The position numbers and the translations under genes are program-made. This document shows, piece after piece, positions 53,831 to 64,000 of a stretch of DNA of 64,000 bases. Numbering within the stretch: the first letter of the stretch is position 1; every line of letters begins with the position of its first letter. The notes below the pieces were generated by a model. The model saw only the letters and a list, made by a program, of their open reading frames with translations. It was not told the origin of the DNA and ran no database searches. Source of the stretch: Lingula anatina (lineage: Eukaryota > Animalia > Brachiopoda). The stretch lies in the NCBI GenBank assembly GCA_051362555.1, contig CM120644.1:9060954-9124953 (forward strand). Direction: 5' to 3'.

Positions 53831-55540
53831 ATGGTTCACTTCCTTGTGGCGACAGGATTACTTTTCACAGCCTGGTCGGCTGTGTTCGCAGGTAAGAGAG
53901 CATTAATGAAGGTGCAACTCGCGAGATGGCGGAGGATGGATTTGGGTGAGGGGGGATCTGCCCCTTTAGACTCAACCGATGATTTAGGGTGGGGATTACT
54001 CGTCTGTAAACCATTGCAATGGACTGTTTCACTTTTAATAAAGGATGGCAGTGTACGTGTATATCCCATGGCCATTTTAAACAGGTATTCATGTATTGTA
54101 AATACATATTTGTAGTTTAAAGTGTATTTTCGATTTGCTGTTAAGTTGGCTAATGTTTACAGATATGGGGGTGGTGCATTGTTAATGATTAACTAGCCTG
54201 GCTGAGGTGATCGTTGCTAAGGAAGTATGGAGGATGGCAGTTCTACAATAGTAACTACACGTAGGGCTGAGGGCATCAGTATTAAGAAAGCATGCTTAAA
54301 AACTAAGACGAAACAGCTACATTTATGATTTCAACAGCACGCTTTTCACTTGCTCAATAAGTCTTTTTTTAATGAAGTTTGTATGCATTTATCGTGTCAT
54401 ACGATGGAGTCATTTCGGTCCGTGACATGCATACACTGTAACAAATAAAGCGGTAAATACTATGAACAAGGAACATTGATAAAAATACATAACCCTAAAT
54501 GTCGTGCTATCCCCAAGTCTATAAATTATTTTAGTTGAATAGTTGGTTAACATGCAAGTTAATTATGTTTTGTGGCATGCTTGCGGTATGAATACTTACA
54601 AGTCACAATCCCTGTGGACGGGGGTAGAGGTAAGCCTACATGTAAGAGTGGGCGATTACTCGTACCCTTCTCTTCCCGCTTTCCACTGACATAATAGAGG
54701 GCTCAAAATAGAACCTTTTTCACAGACCCATCCTTATAATGCACATTGACCCAGAAGAAAATAAATAAATAAATAAATAAGATATTCATAGTTCTGTTAG
54801 TTGGTTCAGATAGCCATTGGTTTTAGTCTCCGCGGTTTTAAGAAAGGAATGATACATTTTTCATATATTTAACCTTAAAAACAGAGTCATGTTGTTTAAC
54901 ACTACAAAGACCTTATCTTTATAAGAAGGCCTCATGGATGATGACCTCGTTTCAGACGAGAAAACAGACCTGAATCAACTGATGATAGATTTCTACGACT
55001 GGCGCCTTCAAGACAACCCGCAGTTTGCGACAACTAGCGGTGAAAGTCGATACGGAAACCGACTAGAGAACCTGACCATTGAAGCGTATGAAGCAAGGAA
55101 GGTATTAGAACGTGTTCGAAATGATGTAGAATCAAATGCAAAAAGGTGTAGAAGCTTGATTCCAACAGTCCTTTTCTTTTTATTCGCTCTGTAGAAACGA
55201 AAAAGAAAGAAAGAAAATGAATGAGTACCCCCGTACCTGTAAATTTGTTAATTTACCATATGTTATTAAATATTATTACACTATGAAACATGAATGAGAG
55301 AAATATATGGTACTTTCTAGGCGAAGTGTGAGGACTACTTGGCGAGACTTGACAAAATTAATCGCACTAAACTGGAGGAAAAGAGCCAACTGAACTATGA
55401 CGTCACGCATGAATTTTTAAAGGCATTTGTCAGCGGTTACGATTGGCACTTGTAAGTATTACCTGCTGGGGTTGGAATCGGCAGGGGTATGGGAGTTCTT
55501 TCTCACCCCGCCACTGAATTAGTTGTTAAGATTAAATTAT

Positions 55541-55572
<32 letters not shown>

Positions 55573-58500
55573 CTCTCTCCGATCCGCCATCGAAATAGTA
55601 TTTCAGCATAAAGAATAGAATTTTGCGGCGACGACAATATTCTTGTGAGCAGGGGGACGTCACAAGTGCACCCTTCTTGACCACTCCCCTCCTATCAATT
55701 TCTTTTCCCGTCTTCCTTCGACCTGCCATTGATTCCGATGATTTGCACTTAATGATTGAAAGGATGACATTGTCCTTGTATCCTGTTAACTTCAAGGAAT
55801 CTTAATTTCTAAAAAAAGTAGAAAAAAACATTGAGCCATAACAAATAACACAAATAACTTGAAATGATTTTAAAAAGCAGTGGCTTAATCATAACCATTA
55901 ACAAATGTAAAAAATTATTATATTTAACATAAATAATTAACTTAATGTATATTTTTGTTTTTAGGTACAATTCCCTGACCCCAATTAACTTCCTTGAAGG
56001 CCCACATATCGACTGGGACACTTTTATAGAATTTATACCTTTCAAAACGAAGGAGAATTATGAGAGTTATCTCCAGCGATTACAACTTCTTCCCAGTCGC
56101 CTAGAGCAGATAGTGGTGCTGATGAGGAGGGCCATTGAACTGAACAGGACTAACCATAATGTCTCCATGGTAACATAAATACAGTAATAGCAGAATTTGT
56201 AAAGACTGCTGTTAAAATACATAGTTCACCTGAAATCTAGTATATCACAGCCACTTACTGTCAATAATGCTGTGAATAGCTTAATTAATTAATATTATAG
56301 CATAAATTGCATTAACACATGTATAATTCAACATACTACATATGTAAACATATATATTTGTATATCCATATATATTGTGTAAATATTGTAGTCTAGAGAG
56401 CCTGCAAATGTATTCACATCATTTAGTGCTCAATAAACTTATTATTATTATAAATAAGTTATCATAATGATGCATGTATAAAGATTTACTAAAATATATA
56501 GTATTCTACCCAAGATTTCGACCCCCAGGCCATCTTTGGGGATTTGAAAATAGAAGATTCTCATAGATGCATCGTTATAATAGTTTATTTATTTCTTAAA
56601 GATCTCCATGGTAACATGTTTACACTTTTTGAATAACGCCATAATTGGGTGTAGGGAGTTTGAGGATTAACGGCGTGATATATTGTATACGATTGTTTGC
56701 TGCACGATGAGACATGCCATGGTGTTTTTTAGGGATGAGTTTTTACTTTTAAAACTGTCCCTCTTGATTCATTGTGCCTTCCCTTTTACACCGATTTTTT
56801 TTTTTATTTTGCTAGCCAAATTTAACAAGATCTCTGTAAAACTAGACTAAAGAAGTATCCCTTAAAACACACTGTTATTTCTTCGACATATAATGATGTT
56901 ATTTCTATACCACTATTGTAACTCAAGTTGTATTTTTTACTGTAGGATAGGATTCCGGGACAAATAGCGGACACCATTACAAACTTGGCGGCCAATGAAA
57001 CTAAATTTTACAGTCCATTCCTGGACCAACTGGCCAACCTTTCTTTCTCAACAAATGACACGTAAGTACCAATACTTTTTATATAAAAGGCATATAATGA
57101 ATGATAGATCTTTTTAAACAAATAAGTGTCCTGGAAGTTAAACATTATCCCTTAATAACCATGGTGTAGGTATATACTCTACCAAGTTTTTTTCAAATTG
57201 CAATCTGTAAACGCTCTTTAGTGGTCTAATTTATTTATTTATTTATTTGTGTTGTTGCTGTCTTATTGAAGATGGAAATTGATAATTTTTTGGTATGACC
57301 CTGAAATATAAGAAGTACAGGTATATAGACCATGTGCTTAACCAATAGTCTTAAAACAAAGAAATTAATCATTTCATCGTATTACCAACAAAATATGTAA
57401 ATATCAAGGTCATCTGAGCCCAGTGCTTATCGGTCGGTTTTTAGCTATTTCTGTTAATCCAGTTTGTGCAAAAAATATTACATACTGCCTAGCGTTGAAA
57501 TCGTCATAACTTTTATAATCCATAAAGGTGCATTTTACGACTGATAAAGCCGAACTTGAAGAAAGACCGTATAAAAATGTAGAATACATACATCCTCTTG
57601 AAGTCAATACATTTATTTCTACTCAAAAACATACTGAAACTGATTTTAAAGCTATATCTCTGTTGTTTAGACGACTGTTACAATAAAAAAGATAATCATT
57701 ATATGGTCGTAGCTTATCACAATATCTTAAAGGAGTTTATAAAGAAATGATGGATGGAATTATTAAATTATCTGTTATCTGAAAAATTAAACAAAGTACA
57801 CTCATAGAAACATAAAATAGCTAATAGATAATGAAATTATAGAAGAGTTAAAATGAATCAAGCAAGTGAAAAAAAGAGCAACTCTGACAAATAGAGGATC
57901 TCTGTCCACTTTCGCCCTTCACCCATTTCGGTATTCAGGCTTGGCAGACTCAGTCACTTAAGTTATAAACACATACCGTTTTAAAAAATCACATATTTTT
58001 CACAAATCCACAACGATATAATATAGCATGTTATTTGTTGGTTTATTTGCCGTAGAGACCAACTGCGAAGTAGAGGACTTGACGTCATTCGGAACAAAGT
58101 CCAACCAGCCTACGCAAACCTGTCAGATTTTATTACTAACGTAAGTTGATAAGCACGGATAATAAATAAGCCGTAAAAAGTTCCAACTGTTCCTGAATAT
58201 TTTTATGTAGATGCTGCAGTAAAAATAAAAAATAAATAATACAGATTTATTATCTTGATATATATAGTATTCTATTTTCATTCAAGGAATATCTCCCTAA
58301 TTCCCGAATTGGTTTAGGAGTGAGCAGCCTTGACAGAGGGTCAGAGTACTACAAGGCGTGTCTTAAGTGGCACGTGACCACTGATCTTAGCCCAGAAGAA
58401 GTGCACGAGAAGGGGTGGAATGAAATACGTAGGATTTCCACAGAGATGAAAAAGGTGGGGATTGACTTGCTGAAGTTAAGCCAATCAAATCAGTGTGTAA

Positions 58501-59836
58501 TAGAAGTTTCATTCCGCCGTATCAAGAGGAAATTGATTTGCTGAAAAACAGTCAATCAGAACCAGACAAAATTTAACTGCTGAAATGTTCAGAACATGAA
58601 TATTGCCGAATGTGTTATAATGTATTATACTTTTGGTATATTTTCTTGTCAATCACCTTGTGATTTTTTTATTTCAGATTCTTGCCAAACTGGGATTCTC
58701 AGGGTCAATTCGTGAATTCGTTGACACCTTGAAAAATGATACAAGATTTTTCTACAATACCTCAGTAAGTTTGCAATCGCCAACAAGAAAAATGTATCTG
58801 TAACAAGCATACTATGACGTCACAATGTCCTACAAAGAATGTAAACACAAACATATATTTAAAACGTGAAGCAGTGAAAATGCTATTTTGCCATGGAAAT
58901 TTCTTAACCGTTACTAAAAAGAGTATTGGTTTAAATTTTTTTAAACTAATTACAAAATGTACCTGATTACAAATGCATAAATATGCTTGTTCTATAACCC
59001 TTTTAATTATTTTGAATGATTCTAATACCGTCTGACCACTAGTTCAGATGTTTTTTTGCATTTGTAGGAGCAGTTGTTAGCAGAATATAAGAAGATAGCG
59101 AATGAGTTGATACCGCCGCAGCTACCTAAGGTTTTCAAAGATATTCCGCATATCCCATTTGAGTGAGTATTAAAAAAATAGTAATAAATTAAGAGGTCCG
59201 TAGCTTAAACACATTGAAATGGTGGTACCGGTCTCAAAGTATTTTGGAAATTGGAATTTTTCTGTATTTTACATACACACATTTATATTATTCACTTTTT
59301 ACATTGTCAAATTTTGTTAATCCTTGATATACAATTTACCACATATTCTGTATCATTAAGTGTTCGTCCAATGGCATTTGATGGACCAGATGGGCAGTAT
59401 TTCTTGTTTCAAGAAGGGGACACATATGGCCCAGGGTACTTTGAGGTCAATCTCAGGAACCCCAAAACGAGGTTAGTTTCCCATATTTCACAGTCATTTC
59501 TGCAACGGTAGTAGTTGGTATACGTCTATTCCATAGGCGACATCTAATGTTAATTAAGCTTTATCTACTGATCCCATAGTGCAGTCACATCTTACATATA
59601 GTTGTTTCTGTAAAGGTTACAGCTTCGGAGAAAAAATAGTTAAATTGACAAAAAGATATATTAATATTTGTTTAGTAGTAACTTCCCAACATTTATATTT
59701 GTCCAGCCGACATGTTAAGACGACCATAATGCCGATCTATAAGAAAAAATGTTTATACTGTGGTGGCCAGCATGAATTAGTCTTGAGCTATAGTGGACAG
59801 GGGTTTATATTACTATAAGTCGCTGTTCCATTTTGT

Positions 59837-59883
<47 letters not shown>

Positions 59884-62310
59884 GCTGTAAGCGACACTGG
59901 CATCTTTAGGTACATGTAGTTGTCGGTTTTGAGTTTATGCTTACATTTTCCCCAGATTGACACCTGAAATGGTAGCATTGACATTACACGAGCTGGAGCC
60001 GGGACACCATTTCCAGGTGACTGAAACCTTTATACCACTATAGTAATATACGACAGTGTGCGTATACACGTGCATGTGTGTAAGATTTGGAAAAACTACA
60101 ATTGAAAAATAGGCGTTTAAAAATGAAAGGCGACCAAGATATCAATATTCATTTTATGATGATGATATTGGACAATGACCTTAGTTCGGTGTATCCTCTA
60201 TCTTAGAGACCAGCTTCGTCGAAATAATGCATTCAAAATAATTTCTCAGAAATTGTGATCAGATACTTTTTTGAAATTGCGTTCCATCCAAACAATACCC
60301 ATCAACAGTTTCATTGGTTTTTAAGACACCGTCGCGGTCTTGAATTTTTATATTTTGAAGCTGACAACACAGTTTAAAACACGACATATTTAATGTGAAT
60401 ATAATACAAATGGTTTTCAAACTCGCTTTGTGAAGAAATAACATTATAACTTTGCCTGCCACTATCTGTATCCCGTCGATCGTTTTCCTCATATCTTAAT
60501 TATTATTTTACTCTGTAGACAGTGTACCAAGTCACGGAGAATCTGCCGACGTACAGGAAGAATACAGAGTATTCCAAATACTACGCCGTCCCCTTTAACT
60601 TTCCGTTCCACACAGCATATACAGAGGTAAGGTAAAGAATTACGTACGCCAACGGATATGTGATAAATAGGTGTTTTGAAAGGAAGCATTTCTCTTGTTT
60701 TGATTTGGCTTTGGCTTTTTATCAATAGGAATTCCCTCAAAAGTATTTGTACTTTTCTACTTTGACAGACGTCTTCATAATGTCAACGTAGCGATATTGG
60801 TGTACAACAACACTTTACAAAGCAATTATCTCTCTGTATACATACGTAGGTGACAAGGATAAATGTATAACTTTTATATTTGGATTTATAACACGGCGTG
60901 GCATTTCGCGCCTGAAAAATACAAAATGGGCCCTATCTGATTAAAATATTGCTTTTGTATCCTGCAGGGTTGGGCACTTTATGCGGAAGCTTTGGGAGAG
61001 GAAATGGGTGTCTATAGAAACGACTACGAACTGTAAGTAAATTATGGCAACCCATTTGACCTTTTTTAAACGACACATTGGTTACAGTCACCAACACCAG
61101 TATTACTGCATTATTTTCAATAAACAGTTCTCAACTTATTGTACAGTTCATGAAAGAAAGGGTTCATATGTTTTTTCAGCTTTGGTCGATATTCCTCCGA
61201 AATATTCCGAGCATGTCGTTTGGTCGCTGATACTGGACTGCATTACTTCAAGTAAGTAGAATATATGTATGTTTTTCTTATGAAGAATAAAGGTAAAACA
61301 CACATAATGTGGCATTTGATATCGCGATTCTGGATATATCGGAGGTTAGCAACTAGTACGTCAGTGATTGACCAGCAGTTTTAGCTATCCCACACTCAGG
61401 GTAAAAATCTGATTACTGCCCCCCCCCCACCCCTCTCAAAACTTTCCTTCTTTATTTAAAATTCTGAATTCGATTTACACGTTTATCTCTCTTCTATCCG
61501 TCTATCTCATACCAGTAGTGGCCTTCTTAGACGTATATGGACAGATACAGATATAAAGGGTTGATTTCGATATCATTTAGCTGGACGAAGGAGCACGCTG
61601 TTGAACTGTTTGCTAATTACACGGCCAACTCCATAGACGGGATCAAGATAGAGGTGGACCGATATGTCACGTGGCCGGGCCAAGCATGCGCATACAAGAT
61701 TGGGGAGCTCAAGATTAAAGAATTGAGGAAGAAGGCAGAAGACGCACTAGGTGAGCGGATAAGTCATTTCTCTATTATTTTAACCAATCTCTCTCCATGT
61801 GTCTCTCTCTCTCTCTGTGTATGTGTTTCATTATGAATATGTGTGATTGGAAGAAAGTTAGATCATCTCTATCTCCTTCTCTCTTTCTTTTGCTCACACT
61901 CACACACATTTCTTTTTAGTCGCCAGTCACACTCTTCTCAAATCTTACGTATATTCCGGATTACAAAACAGTATCAGTATGAACATACATGTACCTCCAC
62001 GTGCACTTTCACGTGCATACAAGTATGCATGCATACATGCGTGGCGTATCCACCTCAACAACAACTTGTGATGTTTTTACATTATACATTATACTTTTCA
62101 GGAGCACATTTCGACCTGAAAGAATTCCATAATCGTATTCTGAAGACTGGACCAGTGCCCCTGAGTATACTGGAGGCAGTTATTGATGGCTACATCAGGG
62201 AGAGCAAACCAACTTCTAAACCGACCAGTGGTGCTTTTTTCATAAATGCCGGGAATATGGTGGCTGTCGTGGTTGTTCTTTGCCATATCACCAAACAGTC
62301 CACCGCTTAA
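53831..62310 (+). CDS. DUF885-family metallopeptidase-like protein, secreted and probably GPI-anchored (~638 aa); exons 53831-53891, 54929-55101, 55321-55451, 55965-56169, 56946-57061, 58056-58140, 58287-58454, 58678-58764, 59068-59162, 59361-59471, 59956-60016, 60519-60626, 60968-61032, 61180-61251, 61581-61750, 62102-62310
   Basis: All 15 introns are GT-AG and phase-consistent. Motifs LHELEPGHHFQ, AYTEGWALYAE, RACRLVADTGLH, EVDRYVTWPGQACAYKIG and FDLKEFHNRIL..GPVPL. N-terminal signal peptide and hydrophobic C-terminal tail. Confidence 0.9.
59840..59880. repeat. (CT)n microsatellite
   Basis: Directly visible. Confidence 0.95.
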
Positions 62311-63408
62311 CACATTTTTGTCCCTTGGAAACATGCTAAAACGGGCTATTTAGACAAATTATTTTCGGGTTCAGGGATAAATAACCTAAGCATGGTTTTA
62401 TACATGGCTTATTGGCTGTCACAGTTTGAAACCTGTTGTAACTATTGTTATAATAAACTATCGATGGAAATCTAGACGACGTCAAGCTTTATACCCTAAA
62501 TTGAACTGTAATTTGACCACTTTGGCACAGACGAAACCTGGCTCAATAAATGAAAAACGGAAACGTTGATGGTTCCAACTCGATCGTTGCAGAAATAAAC
62601 GACGATCTGGCGCGATTCAGAAATGCTTCTTAGAGGTCATATCTTATAGCAAAAGCAAAGGCGTTCACAGAAAGCCTTGAAAACACTTTCTGGTAGCGAA
62701 TTGCCCCTCATTCAACCAATAATTCTCTGACACACTGCTTCATTCAGTTCACGCACCGCAAAACCTGTCACAAGTGTATACAAAATTTCAAAATATGCTC
62801 AGGCGTTGCAAAATATGAAGCTTTATTTTTGACAGAATCATGATATGTCACAATCATACTAGGACCAGCCCAAAAGCTCTATACTATCTGACCTGATCCA
62901 TGTGATACATAGGCTGTTCTATGTAATGTAATATCTGTACAAGACGAATTGGTAGGTTAATGGCACACTTGGCCTAATTTTTAGGATAAGTTATAATTAT
63001 AATGACCTCAGCACATATAGACATACCTTTTAAACTAAAATAGTTCATATTCAATGTGAAATTAGTATAAATGTATAACAGCGTAGAACAAAATGTTTAC
63101 AATGAATACCTTGAGTACACGTGCTCATATACAATATAGCATTTATATGTGTGTTCTAATTATGAACTGGATTAATCAAATTTCAAGCGGTGGAGTATGT
63201 ATTTTGTCTTTCATTTAACAATCCACATGTGTCTGAATAATAAAATGATTAAAATATTCCATCGCACTATATAGACGTGATGATTATACGCAAGCAGTGC
63301 GTAAATTGGCTTCGGCAAGGTAAGGGGGCTCGTGAGAGAGCTCGACGACTATTCCAATTGGAATGAATAAACTAATACATAGGTAAAATGCAAAATTTTA
63401 GCATTATC

Positions 63409-63965
63409 TTAGCACAATCCGCACTCGTTAAAGAGTACTGCAAATATATTATTCCACTTTGGCAATGGGATATAACTTTTCGTAAAACATTTGTGAAAAG
63501 TGGCGTACAAGCCTACAGTGTTTTTGTTGGCCTTCAGAATCAGTCGACCTGCTTCGTTCGCATGGGGCAGAAAAAAATCAACGTTGGAATCTCGTGGAAT
63601 GAGGTCTACCAGAGCCTTGAAGAGAACCATGGTTCCGATCGTATCTTCTGCATAGAGGGGTCCAAGGTAGAAACCGTTCCTAGCTGGCCTAATTGATCCG
63701 TACCCGACTATCTTTCCCTTCTCCAACAAGACGAGTGATTCTGCCGTCGTTTGGCCAAGCCATAACTTCAGCATTTCTGGTCTTGGTATCACGTGATATG
63801 ACGTATCATAATCAATGAGATCCGACTGGTCAATATGCCTCACGTCAGATATATGGTATTTTCGTTCTGCATCCGATGGCAGTGGGAAGTTTTTGAAGAC
63901 GCCGAAATATTTTCCTAGCACGTCTCCTTTAAGGAGCGGAGAGCCAATGTATCTTTCATATGTAT
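63409..63965 (-). CDS. Last exon of a YitH/HolE-like GNAT acetyltransferase; the gene continues beyond the window
   Basis: Acceptor AG at 63967-63966. LIDYDTSYHVIPRPEMLKLW..GKIVGYGSIR..FYLGPLYAED..LFKAL..PHAN matches the C-terminal GNAT domain of this family. Confidence 0.8.
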
Positions 63966-64000
63966 CTGTCATATAGGAAATGGAATTAAAATGAATATTT

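Noticed and set aside
18590-64000. Bacterial contamination or a prokaryotic operon
   Set aside because: All these genes have spliceosomal introns and are interleaved with animal-type transposons and microsatellites.

Overview
AT-rich, intron-containing animal DNA with GT-AG introns, microsatellites, MITEs and LINE/SINE relics. A marine invertebrate source is my inference. Left to right: (1) the last two exons of a DNAJC28-like (DUF1992) gene (+). (2) A reconstructable 13-exon IQCM-like gene (-, 16214->2659) whose conserved C-terminal domain is interrupted by a four-exon, frame-preserving von Willebrand A (VWA) cassette; its introns hold a tRNA-Leu(TAG) and a LINE fragment. (3) A ~35 kb array of seven two-exon class I SAM-dependent, HNMT-like methyltransferase paralogues in mixed orientation: five intact, one with a broken splice donor and one clear pseudogene, plus small relics. 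The copies look mosaic and are interleaved with DNA transposons. (4) A 16-exon secreted, probably GPI-anchored DUF885-family metallopeptidase-like gene, head-to-head with the last methyltransferase (229 bp between ATGs). (5) The last exon of a YitH/HolE-like GNAT acetyltransferase (-). Gene models were built by hand from splice sites and reading-frame phase. Family names rest on motif recognition from memory, not on database searches.
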